Shown here one piece after another: positions 8,261 through 18,186 of a stretch of DNA of 64,000 nucleotides (positions are counted from its first letter, which is position 1; each line of letters starts with the position of its first letter). Position numbers and translations under genes: made by a program. The stretch is from Clostridia bacterium. Its GTDB lineage: Bacteria > Bacillota > Clostridia > Oscillospirales > CAG-272. The stretch is taken from assembly GCA_017621755.1 (NCBI GenBank), contig JAGASL010000044.1:66803-130802 (forward strand), read 5' to 3'. The notes beneath the pieces were generated by a model. That model did not search any database, was not told where the DNA came from, and was given only the letters and a program-made list of their open reading frames with translations.

Positions 8261-9010
8261 ATGAAGAAAGGCCGTTTCTTATGCTTTTTACTTGCTCTTG
8301 TTCTTGTTTCTTCCTTGCTAAGCACTCCAGGATTGACAATGTCACCTCCGCCCTCTTTTTCAACCGCTGATATTGAGAATTTTGTTGCTGCCCTGCAGGA
8401 TGAAGAAGTGCGATCTCATATTTCCGACTGGGATAATTTGATCATTACGGATGAAAATTATGAAGGGTTCGTCAACTGGGAGTCTCCTTTTACAGAAAAA
8501 TACCCTTTTTTGACAACAAGAAATTGGGGGCACTTTATGGAGGCGTATCATCAGCTCCATGAAATTGGCTATCTACCAATTCCTGACGTGGGTGACATAC
8601 AAGAATTGACAATCACAGAAAACTACACATCCCGTCCTTTTGAGATCCGGTATACGGTGACTACACCATGGGGAGAAGCAGGTGTGTCCTTCAAAAAAGG
8701 CATCAAAGCGAATCCTGCATTCTCAGCGCAAGAACAATACGAGGCCTGGAGAGGAAAGGCAGATCATATCCTGGTAGAGTATATCACGACCAAGCATGGC
8801 GAGCAAGGTGTGTGGACGATACGGCGGGAAGTGGAAAATACGTTTCTGAAATCCTGCGCATCGTGCGAGCCTACCACGCCGGATGGACATCCTACTATGA
8901 GAGTGGCATACGATGATTTTTTGGTAGAGGTCTGGAGCCTTGAAGATATGGGCCGTGATGAAGCGCTTTGCTTTATAGATAGCTTAGAGATCGAAAAACG
9001 GATGCTGTAG
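8261..9010 (+). CDS. hypothetical secreted protein (AT-rich orphan gene)
   Basis: AAGGAGGAG RBS 9 nt upstream of ATG 8261. N-terminal signal-like MKKGRFLCFLLALVLVSSLL. No family recognised. Composition is visibly AT-richer than the neighbours. Confidence 0.5.
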   Translation: MKKGRFLCFLLALVLVSSLLSTPGLTMSPPPSFSTADIENFVAALQDEEVRSHISDWDNLIITDENYEGFVNWESPFTEKYPFLTTRNWGHFMEAYHQLHEIGYLPIPDVGDIQELTITENYTSRPFEIRYTVTTPWGEAGVSFKKGIKANPAFSAQEQYEAWRGKADHILVEYITTKHGEQGVWTIRREVENTFLKSCASCEPTTPDGHPTMRVAYDDFLVEVWSLEDMGRDEALCFIDSLEIEKRML

Positions 9011-9039
9011 TAAAACTCCGTCCTGGCGGAATCAAAAAC

Positions 9040-9082
9040 AAAAATCCCCCGTGTGTTGCGTGCAACACACGGGGGCGTTTTT
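9040..9082. terminator. bidirectional intrinsic terminator (orphan gene / groEL)
   Basis: CCCCCGTGTGTTGC / GCAACACACGGGGG stem flanked by an A-run and a T-run. Confidence 0.85.
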
Positions 9083-9098
9083 GCTATTTAGGCAGGGA

Positions 9099-11140
<2,042 letters not shown>

Positions 11141-11176
11141 GGCATTTGGGCAATTATTCACATTTTATTAACAAAA

Positions 11177-11935
11177 CTATTCCTCAGAAAGCTCGCCGCG
11201 CAGAAAGGCAAGGATCTTTTTCTCCTCGCGCGAGACCTTGACCTGCGTTAAGCCGAGCGCGGCGGCCGTTTCGCTTTGCGAATAATCGCGAAAGTAGCGC
11301 AAAAGGATGATCTTGCGGCGCAGATCGGGCAGCTTATCAATGGCGGCACGAATGGCCAGCTTGTCAAACTGGCGGGATGCCTCGTCCTCGTCAGACAGCG
11401 TGCTTTCAATGGTGGGACTATCCTCATCGTTATAGATCACGTCGGAAAGCGAGGCCACCGGGGCAATGGCATCCAGCGCGGCGGCGGCCTCCTCAGGTGT
11501 GGTGCCGCAGCGCGCCGCCAGCTCGGAAAGGCGCAGCTCACCCATGCCGGCGGCAATGCACCGCTCACGCTCGGCGGCCAGCTGGGCCCCTAGGCGCTTT
11601 TGCGTGCGCGAGACCTTAATCGGCCCATCATCGCGCAAAAAGCGGCGTATCTCGCCAAAGATCAAGGGCACCGCGTAGGTCGAGAAGGCGCATTCCCGCG
11701 CCGGGTCAAAGGTGCGAATGGCCTTTAAGAGACCAAGATTGCCAATGCCGATCAGATCCTCTAACTCGCAGCCGCGGCCAAGAAAGCGCACGGCAATGTG
11801 ATTGACCAGGCCACCGTTTTGCCGCACCAGCCTGTCAGCGGCGCGGCGGTCGCCTGCCTGTGCGGCCGCGATCAGGGCAGGGTTATCTCTAAATTTTTCG
11901 TTGATCTCTTTTTTGGGGGTGACTTCTTCGTTCAT
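11177..11935 (-). CDS. sigF: sporulation sigma factor SigF
   Basis: Sigma-70 regions 2-4 (DLIGIGNLGLLKAIRTFDP, YAVPLIFGEIRRFLRDDG). It is the third gene of the spoIIAA-spoIIAB-sigF arrangement. Confidence 0.9.
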   Translation of the reverse strand: MNEEVTPKKEINEKFRDNPALIAAAQAGDRRAADRLVRQNGGLVNHIAVRFLGRGCELEDLIGIGNLGLLKAIRTFDPARECAFSTYAVPLIFGEIRRFLRDDGPIKVSRTQKRLGAQLAAERERCIAAGMGELRLSELAARCGTTPEEAAAALDAIAPVASLSDVIYNDEDSPTIESTLSDEDEASRQFDKLAIRAAIDKLPDLRRKIILLRYFRDYSQSETAAALGLTQVKVSREEKKILAFLRGELSEE

Positions 11936-11954
11936 GCTTCCTCACTTGCCGGGG

Positions 11955-12386
11955 CTATGCAAGCTGCTTCCACATGGTAACACGCGTTCCGCGCGAAAGG
12001 GTAGAGTGCACGCGCAGACGGGTCATAAAGCTCTCCATGACTGAAAAGCCCATGCCGCTGCGCTCGCCTGTGTGGTCGGTGGTAAAGAGCGGCTGCATGG
12101 CCTCCTTCACGTTGGCAATGCCGCAGCCACGGTCGCGCACCTCAATGCGGATCGCTCTGCCCTCGTATAGCCCCACGGTTATGTAGATGGTGCCGCCACG
12201 CCCACCGTAGGCGTGCACGATGCAGTTGGTCACCGCCTCAGAAACGGCGCACTTGATATCGGCCAGCTCTTCAATATTGGGGTCTAACTGGGCGCAAAAG
12301 GCGGCTACGATCGCGCGGCAGGCGCCTTCATTGACCGAAAGAGAGGGTAGCTTCAGCTTCAGCTCGTTGATGGGTGTGTTGTTCAT
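11955..12386 (-). CDS. spoIIAB: anti-sigma F factor SpoIIAB (serine kinase)
   Basis: MNNTPINELKLKLPS...EAVTNCIVHAY...DRGCGI...ERSGMGF (HATPase_c motifs). An ATGA overlap with spoIIAA supports the start at 12386. Confidence 0.9.
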   Translation of the reverse strand: MNNTPINELKLKLPSLSVNEGACRAIVAAFCAQLDPNIEELADIKCAVSEAVTNCIVHAYGGRGGTIYITVGLYEGRAIRIEVRDRGCGIANVKEAMQPLFTTDHTGERSGMGFSVMESFMTRLRVHSTLSRGTRVTMWKQLA

Positions 12387-12733
12387 TTCATTTCCTCCGT
12401 ATCCATTCCGTCTATCTTCAGATCCTGCATGCGGCCAAGGCCCGCCATGCGAAAGATCCTTAGCATGCGGGCATCGGCATCGCGCAGGCGCATAGGGCAG
12501 GAAAACCGGCGGCAAACCGCCAGCCTGCCTAAGATCAGGCCAAGGCCTGAGCTATCCATAAAGCGAATATGGGATAGGGAAAGGGTAAATTGCCCCGGCT
12601 TGTAGTGGCATATCTGCCTGTCGATCTCCTCGCGCATGGCGCGGGCGCTGTGGTGGTCGATCTCTCCTGCGGGGCATACGGTCAGGCACCCGTTTTCAAA
12701 AGAGACACGCATCGTTTCCTTGGCGGTCGTCAT
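12383..12733 (-). CDS. spoIIAA: anti-sigma F factor antagonist SpoIIAA (STAS)
   Basis: STAS-domain protein (GEIDHHSA...FMDSSGLGLILGR). ATG 12733 has an AAGGA RBS. The ORF-track start at 12769 has none. Confidence 0.85.
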   Translation of the reverse strand: MTTAKETMRVSFENGCLTVCPAGEIDHHSARAMREEIDRQICHYKPGQFTLSLSHIRFMDSSGLGLILGRLAVCRRFSCPMRLRDADARMLRIFRMAGLGRMQDLKIDGMDTEEMK

Positions 12734-12905
12734 GGTTACATCCTTTTCATTTTTCGTTTGCTTGTTCATTGTAGCACGCCCGCACGGCGCATTTTGTCAA
12801 AGCCTGGCAGGGAATAAAAAAAGACCGGCGTAGGCGTTGTGCCCCGGGCGCAACGCTATTTGCCTGTGGCGCGTTCTATTGCTTCGCGGTGGTATTCGCT
12901 GCGCA

Positions 12906-12948
12906 GTTGAAAAAAGTAGCAGGGCAGAGAATAGAGATCTCTGCCCTG
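12906..12948 (-). terminator. orphan intrinsic terminator (minus strand)
   Basis: 11-bp stem CAGGGCAGAGA / TCTCTGCCCTG (12920-12930 / 12938-12948) with a 7-nt loop. On the minus strand it is followed by CTACTTTTTT. Confidence 0.7.
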
Positions 12949-13088
12949 TGGTGTTTATAGAAAAAGGTTACTTGTAGGAAAGCGTTTTGCCTACCACTTG
13001 CTTCTCATCGGCTGATAACTGTCTATTGTAAACACTTGTTGAAAATAACGAAAATCATTTTTGTCTTGTTGTAGGACAACTAAAAGGC
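12906..13088 (-). ncRNA. candidate ~180-nt non-coding transcript (orphan promoter-to-terminator unit)
   Basis: A near-consensus minus-strand promoter (13095-13123) and the terminator (12906-12948) bracket an AT-rich stretch. Its only ATG-initiated ORFs are 5 and 11 codons, without an RBS. Confidence 0.3.
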
Positions 13089-13133
13089 GAACATAGTATA
13101 TCATAAGATATGTCCTTTGTCAAGACAAAAATG
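13056..13133. promoter_or_regulatory. 13-bp perfect inverted repeat bracketing the divergent promoters of the XRE gene and the orphan transcript
   Basis: CATTTTTGTCTTG (13056-13068) and its exact reverse complement CAAGACAAAAATG (13121-13133). Confidence 0.5.
13095..13123 (-). promoter_or_regulatory. near-consensus sigma-A promoter pointing away from the XRE gene
   Basis: Minus strand: TTGACA (13123-13118), 17-nt spacer, TATACT (13100-13095). Confidence 0.6.
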
Positions 13134-13149
13134 GAAGGAGCAGATAAGC

Positions 13150-13389
13150 ATGGCTCGTTTGATCGATGGAGAGAGAAAAAATCTGATAGGTGGCAATCTG
13201 AAAAAGCTGCGTATGAAAATGAAAATGAGCCAGCAGGCGCTATCGAACAGGCTGGAGCTGCAGGGGGTGTACGTTTGCCGCGGCTCTGTCTCGCGGATAG
13301 AGGACTATTCCCGCACGGTGACCGATATTGAGCTGTTTGCCATTGCGCAGGTGCTTGGCGTCAGCATTGACGAGCTGTACCAAGAATAA
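13150..13389 (+). CDS. XRE-family helix-turn-helix transcriptional regulator
   Basis: LKKLRMKMKMSQQALSNRLELQGVYVCRGSVSRIE HTH_3-like core. GGAAGGAG RBS upstream of ATG 13150. Confidence 0.75.
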   Translation: MARLIDGERKNLIGGNLKKLRMKMKMSQQALSNRLELQGVYVCRGSVSRIEDYSRTVTDIELFAIAQVLGVSIDELYQE

Positions 13390-13393
13390 ATAC

Positions 13394-13423
13394 AAAAGCG
13401 CCGTACAATGTACGGCGCTCTTC
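13394..13423. terminator. bidirectional terminator
   Basis: AGCGCCGTA / TACGGCGCT stem between convergent genes. Confidence 0.7.
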
Positions 13424-13428
13424 ACGTC

Positions 13429-13800
13429 TTACTTAAATTCGTCCTCAGAGACGTTTTCCTCGCAGGGGATGAAATCGGCCACGCCGTCCTCCTCCACGTC
13501 CTCGTCTACCGAGCCGTGTGCCAGGTCGGCGGCGATGCGTGCCTCGTCAAACTCTAAATACTCATCGTTTTCTAATGCTTCACGGGCGGCATCAAACTCA
13601 GCATCGGTCTCCTCCTTCAGCTGCCAGAGCAGATAGCCGGCCGTGCTGCCACCCATGGCCGAAACAGCCAGGAAAGCGGCGGCAATGCTCTTCTTCTTGA
13701 CACAGAGGATGATAAACATAATGAAAAATGAGATAGATTGTACCAGCAATGCCAGCGCGATAAACAAACGGGTCTCTTTCAGGGAAAAGCGTTTTTTCAT
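13429..13800 (-). CDS. hypothetical membrane protein with acidic C-terminal tail
   Basis: Two predicted TM helices followed by a D/E-rich tail. It lies directly downstream of prfB on the same strand. Confidence 0.5.
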   Translation of the reverse strand: MKKRFSLKETRLFIALALLVQSISFFIMFIILCVKKKSIAAAFLAVSAMGGSTAGYLLWQLKEETDAEFDAAREALENDEYLEFDEARIAADLAHGSVDEDVEEDGVADFIPCEENVSEDEFK

Positions 13801-13831
13801 GGTATTTCTCTCCTTTATATAATGTGGTAGA

Positions 13832-14959
13832 TTATTTTGATTGCTCCTTGCCGGCGTTCATCTTCAGATAGGCGTTGATAAAGCCGTCAAGATCACCGTC
13901 CATCACGGCGGAAACATTGCCGTTTTCAAAGCCGGTGCGGTTATCCTTTACCAGGGTATAGGGCATGAATACGTAGCTGCGGATCTGAGAGCCCCATTCG
14001 ATGTTGTTCTTCACACCCTGAATATCCTCAACTCGATCCAGCTTTTCCTGCTGCTTGATGGCCAGCAGCTTCGAGCGGAGCATCTTCATAGCCGTTTCCT
14101 TGTTCTGCAGCTGGCTACGCTCGGTCTGGCAGCCAACCACGATGCCGGTGGGCAGGTGCACGATACGAATGGCCGAATCGGTCTTGTTGATGTGCTGGCC
14201 GCCCGCGCCGCTGGAGCGGTGGGCCGTGACCTCAATATCCTCAGGCCGGATCTCGATCGAGCTTTCGTCTGCATCATCAAACTCCGGCAGTACCTCAACA
14301 GAGGCAAAGGAGGTCTGTCTACGGCCGGAGGCATCAAACGGGGAAACACGCACCAGGCGGTGAACGCCGTTTTCGCTCTTCAGATAGCCGTAGGCATTGG
14401 TGCCCTCGATCATAATGGTGGCACTCTTCAGGCCTGCCTCATCACCGTCTAACCAGTCAACCAGCTTGACCGTAAAGCCGTGGGCATCGCCCCAGCGGGT
14501 ATACATACGGTAAAGCATAGAGGCCCAATCCTGTGCCTCGGTGCCGCCGGCACCCGGGTGAAAGGCAAGAATGGCGTTGTTCTTATCATAAGGGCCGGAG
14601 AGCAGTACGGCAATGCGCATGCGCTCCTCTTCCTTCAATACAAAATCAAGCTCTGCCTGTACCTCCTCCAAAGAGCCCTCATCGTTCTCTTCGATCGCCA
14701 TTTCGGCCAGTACGACAGCATCCTCTAACCGGGTGCAGAGCGTTTCGTATTCTTCAATAGTGTCCTTCATCTGCTTAATTTCCTGCATCACGCGGGTGCT
14801 CTTTGCCGCGTCATTCCAGAAATTAGGCTCTAAGGATGCCGCCTCCAGCTCGGCTGCCCGTTCCTTTAAGGCATCAATACGGAGGGCGGATTTCAATTCT
14901 ACCAGGTCGGCACGCATGTCTACCAGCTGCCGCTTCGCTTCTTCAAGTGCGATGATCAA
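13832..14959 (-). CDS. prfB: peptide chain release factor 2
   Basis: SPF tripeptide (VRVSPFD), GGQ motif (SGAGGQHINKT) and DWASML. It is a single uninterrupted frame from a TTG start with an AGGAGG RBS. No programmed +1 frameshift site is present. Confidence 0.92.
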   Translation of the reverse strand: MIIALEEAKRQLVDMRADLVELKSALRIDALKERAAELEAASLEPNFWNDAAKSTRVMQEIKQMKDTIEEYETLCTRLEDAVVLAEMAIEENDEGSLEEVQAELDFVLKEEERMRIAVLLSGPYDKNNAILAFHPGAGGTEAQDWASMLYRMYTRWGDAHGFTVKLVDWLDGDEAGLKSATIMIEGTNAYGYLKSENGVHRLVRVSPFDASGRRQTSFASVEVLPEFDDADESSIEIRPEDIEVTAHRSSGAGGQHINKTDSAIRIVHLPTGIVVGCQTERSQLQNKETAMKMLRSKLLAIKQQEKLDRVEDIQGVKNNIEWGSQIRSYVFMPYTLVKDNRTGFENGNVSAVMDGDLDGFINAYLKMNAGKEQSK

Positions 14960-15007
14960 GGGATAGGATCCTCCTGTTTATACAAATAAAACCGTTCTTT
15001 TTTTTAC

Positions 15008-15036
15008 AGTATAACACATCTTCAAAAAAAAATCAA
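15008..15036 (-). promoter_or_regulatory. sigma-A type promoter of prfB
   Basis: Minus strand: TTGATT, 17-nt spacer, TATACT. Confidence 0.55.
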
Positions 15037-15135
15037 GTACACCGCCGGAAAATACCAGGATATCGACAGAATATGGAATAACCGCGATCTTTGTGATGGG
15101 GCATACTGAAAAAGGAGCTTTTTCAGAAAAAGGGC

Positions 15136-15164
15136 TTGACAGAAAAGCCGCGATTATTTATAAT
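15136..15164 (+). promoter_or_regulatory. sigma-A consensus promoter
   Basis: TTGACA, 17-nt spacer, TATAAT. Confidence 0.75.
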
Positions 15165-15196
15165 GATAATAACCTAAGAAAGGAAGGATTTCAAAC

Positions 15197-15394
15197 ATGA
15201 AAGTAACGAAACAGTCTATTATCGGTGACGTTCTGGATGCCAATCCGGAAACCGCCCAGTTCTTCTTTGCCATCGGCATGCACTGCCTTGGCTGCCCCGC
15301 CTCCCGTGGCGAGAGCATTGAGCAGGCCTGCGCCGTTCACGGCACCGATGCTGACGAGCTGGTAAAGACCATCAATAATTTCCTCGAGAAATAA
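15197..15394 (+). CDS. DUF1858-type small redox-disulfide domain protein
   Basis: 65 aa with MHCLGCPAS and ...IEQAC..HG.D...L, typical of hybrid-cluster-protein-associated DUF1858 proteins. Confidence 0.65.
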   Translation: MKVTKQSIIGDVLDANPETAQFFFAIGMHCLGCPASRGESIEQACAVHGTDADELVKTINNFLEK

Positions 15395-15395
15395 G

Positions 15396-16082
15396 ATGAA
15401 GGCACTCTCAGACGGCAGATTGCTGGCGGCGGCATCCTTTGTTCGCCCCGGTGCGGTGTTTGCCGATATTGGGACAGACCACGCGTACCTGCCCCTGCAC
15501 CTGCTGCAGCAGGGCAGGATCACGCGCGCCATCGCAGCTGATATTGGGGAAGGGCCGCTTTCGCGTGCCCGGGCGCATATTGCCGCCTCCGGTATGGCAG
15601 GGCGGGTAGAGACCGTGCTGACCAACGGCCTGCAAGGGTTAGAGCATCACGGTCTGACCGATATTGCCATTTGCGGCATGGGTGGCGAGCTGATCGTGGA
15701 TATTTTGTCGGCCTCCCCCTTCGTGCGCGAGGCGGGCATACGCCTGATCCTGCAGCCGATGACGCGCGCAGCCACGCTGCGCCGCTATTTGGCAAGCGAG
15801 GGCTTTGCCATCCTTGCTGAGCGGCCTTGCCGCGCAGCCGGGCGGGTATATACCTGCCTGTGTGTCGAGCATGACGGCGTGCGCCGCACGCTGACCCCAG
15901 CCGAGGCCGAGGTGGGCCGCCCCCTGTGTGAGAGCGAGGAGGAGCGTGATTGCTTTGCCGAGCTGCTTGCCAGAAGAATTACCGCCCTGCAGGAAAAGAA
16001 AAGGGCACTTGAAGGTGCATCCCTGACCGACGAGGAGGACGAAGCCCTGCTCGCCGCTCTTCTTTCATTACAACAAGCTTAG
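15396..16082 (+). CDS. trmK: tRNA (adenine22-N1)-methyltransferase TrmK
   Basis: FADIGTDHAYLPLHLLQQG...AIAADI..GPL. The conserved pairing with a downstream nif3 gene is present. Confidence 0.85.
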   Translation: MKALSDGRLLAAASFVRPGAVFADIGTDHAYLPLHLLQQGRITRAIAADIGEGPLSRARAHIAASGMAGRVETVLTNGLQGLEHHGLTDIAICGMGGELIVDILSASPFVREAGIRLILQPMTRAATLRRYLASEGFAILAERPCRAAGRVYTCLCVEHDGVRRTLTPAEAEVGRPLCESEEERDCFAELLARRITALQEKKRALEGASLTDEEDEALLAALLSLQQA

Positions 16083-16355
16083 CCATAAGAGAGTCGAACA
16101 CACAAGCCCTATGGCGGAAAATTTTTGCGTCTTTCGCCGTAGCTCACCTTGCAAAGTGCTCACTTTCCTGCGGCTCGCTGCGACAAAATCCACTAAAATT
16201 TTTCCGCCATAGGGGGCGCGCAGTTTTCACCGAGCAAATATTGCGGTTAGGCGAGGCAAAAAACGCAGCAATATAAGATATTGCAAGATTTTTTGCCGAT
16301 GAATAGACCAATATTTGCCGATGAAAACCTTATGTGTTCGACTCTCTTATGGCTA
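16080..16355. repeat. 276-bp MITE-like / structured element with 27-bp terminal inverted repeats and two internal long hairpins
   Basis: TAGCCATAAGAGAGTCGAACACACAAG (16080-16106) matches the reverse complement of 16329-16355 at 26/27 positions. Inner arm 1 pairs 16107-16126 with 16195-16214. Inner arm 2 has three helical segments: 16234-16243/16309-16318, 16255-16263/16289-16297 and 16268-16274/16278-16284. Confidence 0.75.
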
Positions 16356-16366
16356 CAGGTGACGCT

Positions 16367-17134
16367 ATGACGGTAAAACAGTTTTACGAACACCTATGCG
16401 ACCGTGTTTCCCCTTCGCTTTCCTGCGAGTGGGATAACGACGGCTTAATGCTCACGCCGGATGGCGAGCGTGAGGTGCGCCGCGTGCTTTGCACGCTGGA
16501 CGTAACGGCAGAGGCCGTGGAATATGCCGAGGAATACGGCTTTGATCTGATCATCTCGCACCACCCGCTCCTGTTTCGCCCGCTGCGCGCGCTGGATCCG
16601 GATAATCACATCGCCCGTAAGGCCATGCGCTTGTTGCGCGCCGGCATTTCGGTGATCTCGCTGCATACCCGCGCCGATGCGGTGATTGACGGTGTCAATG
16701 ACCGCCTGGCCGAGCTGCTCGGCCTTTCTGCCGTTTCGCTGTTTGGCGAGGCGGGGGAGATGATCGGCCGTGTGGGCGACCTGCCCGCACCCATGTCGCT
16801 TGCCGATTTTGCCGCCCGCGTGAAAAGCGTGCTGGGCAGCCCCATGGTGCTGGCGGCCGATGCCGACCTGCCCGTGCAGCGTGTAGCCGTTTGCGGTGGC
16901 GACGGTAAGGATTTTGTGGCGGCTGCCCTTTCCTCGGGGGCTGACACCTATCTTTCCGGCCGCATTGGCTATAACGTGATGGTAGAGGCACCTGAAATGG
17001 GCATCAACCTGCTGGAGGCCGGCCACTATTTTACCGAAACACATATTACAGGCTTTTTTGCCGAGCTGACGAGCGAGATCCTGCCGTCTGCCGAGACAGA
17101 GGAGTTCGCCTCTAACGTCATTGCTTGCTTATAA
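16367..17134 (+). CDS. Nif3-like dinuclear metal centre protein (YqfO family)
   Basis: DNDGL...DLIISHHPLLF...ISLHTRAD...GHYFTE motifs. The ORF-track start at 16334 lies inside the inverted repeat, so ATG 16367 is preferred. Confidence 0.85.
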   Translation: MTVKQFYEHLCDRVSPSLSCEWDNDGLMLTPDGEREVRRVLCTLDVTAEAVEYAEEYGFDLIISHHPLLFRPLRALDPDNHIARKAMRLLRAGISVISLHTRADAVIDGVNDRLAELLGLSAVSLFGEAGEMIGRVGDLPAPMSLADFAARVKSVLGSPMVLAADADLPVQRVAVCGGDGKDFVAAALSSGADTYLSGRIGYNVMVEAPEMGINLLEAGHYFTETHITGFFAELTSEILPSAETEEFASNVIACL

Positions 17135-17234
17135 CAAAAGCCTCGCTGCTTAGTTAATGCGCCGCAAGCAAGCGCTTATGGAGCGTATGACGCGGCATGC
17201 AGATCGCTTTAATGCCTTAACTGAACAATCAACA

Positions 17235-17269
17235 GGGGGCGGCCTTCGTGGTCGCCCCCCGATATTTTA
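17235..17269 (+). terminator. intrinsic terminator after nif3
   Basis: GGGGGCGGCC / GGTCGCCCCC stem followed by a T-rich tract. Confidence 0.75.
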
Positions 17270-17361
17270 TTAGAAAAAAGCAATCAGCGGTTAAATTGGT
17301 AGAAAAATTCATAAAAATAAGATAAAATATTTTATCAATAGATCGCTTAATGGAGGTACGT

Positions 17362-18165
17362 ATGGGGGATATTCTGATCACAATACTTGTGTGCTTTCTC
17401 GCCGGTGCGGGCGCAGGTATTGGAACTGGCTTTGCCGGTATGAGCGCTGCTGCGGTTATTGGCCCCATGCTGATAACCTTTTTAGGAGTGCCTGCCTATG
17501 ATGCAGTTGGAATAGGATTGATCAGCGATGTTTTGGCAAGCCTTGTTAGCGCATATACCTATAAGAAAAGCGGAAACTTAGACGTCAAAAACAGCCTGCC
17601 CTTATTGATCAGCGTGCTGGTCGTAACGATGAACGGCAGTCTGGTGGCAAGCCTTTTACCCGAGCAGGCTATGAGCGGCACGATGCAGATAGCACTGATT
17701 ATCATTGGTCTTCGCTTCCTTTTGAAGCCCGTTAACAAAACGAGAGAGCAATTGGAAGAAAGCTCTTCGAAAAACAGGCTGATCAAGGCGATCGTTGGCG
17801 GCGTGCTCGTTGGCTTTATTTGTGGATTTGCCGGTGCAGGCGGTGGAATGATGCTGCTGCTCGTTTTGACATCCTTTCTTGGATATCCCATGCATTTGGC
17901 CGTCGGTACAAGCGTGTTCATTATGGCGTTTACGGCGCTGACAGGTGGTATCAGCCATTTTATGATCGGAGGAATGCCCGATGTTCTTTGCCTCGTGCTA
18001 TGCGTTTTGTTTACGCTGCTTTGGGCAAGAATCGCCGCAAAAATTGCCAACAAGGCTAATGCAAAGACCTTAAATCGCGTGGTCGGTGTGGTGATGATCA
18101 TTACCAGTGTTGTTATTTTACTGGTGAATTATCTTTCAGATAGCAGCGGTAGCGTTGTTTCATAA
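17362..18165 (+). CDS. TauE/SafE-family anion exporter-like membrane protein
   Basis: About 8 TM helices with the internally duplicated G-rich pattern (GAGAGIGTGFAG ... GFAGAGGGMMLL). GGAGG RBS upstream of ATG 17362. Confidence 0.7.
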   Translation: MGDILITILVCFLAGAGAGIGTGFAGMSAAAVIGPMLITFLGVPAYDAVGIGLISDVLASLVSAYTYKKSGNLDVKNSLPLLISVLVVTMNGSLVASLLPEQAMSGTMQIALIIIGLRFLLKPVNKTREQLEESSSKNRLIKAIVGGVLVGFICGFAGAGGGMMLLLVLTSFLGYPMHLAVGTSVFIMAFTALTGGISHFMIGGMPDVLCLVLCVLFTLLWARIAAKIANKANAKTLNRVVGVVMIITSVVILLVNYLSDSSGSVVS

Positions 18166-18186
18166 CGTTGTCGCCCAAAATAAAGG

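Noticed and set aside
12768-12800. TTGACA ... TACAAT upstream of spoIIAA (minus strand) as the spoIIA promoter
   Set aside because: The spacer is 21 nt, incompatible with sigma-A. I also could not fit a sigma-H consensus. The spoIIA promoter is left unassigned.
14880-14959. Expected programmed +1 frameshift site in prfB
   Set aside because: I read the codons around the equivalent position and found no internal UGA or CTT TGA C. The frame is continuous, so this is neither a frameshift nor a pseudogene.
16329-16355. GTTCGACTC in the right repeat looked like a tRNA T-loop (possible tRNA or tmRNA fragment)
   Set aside because: The flanking bases do not form a T-stem or acceptor stem. The motif is mirrored in the left repeat, so it is simply part of the TIR.
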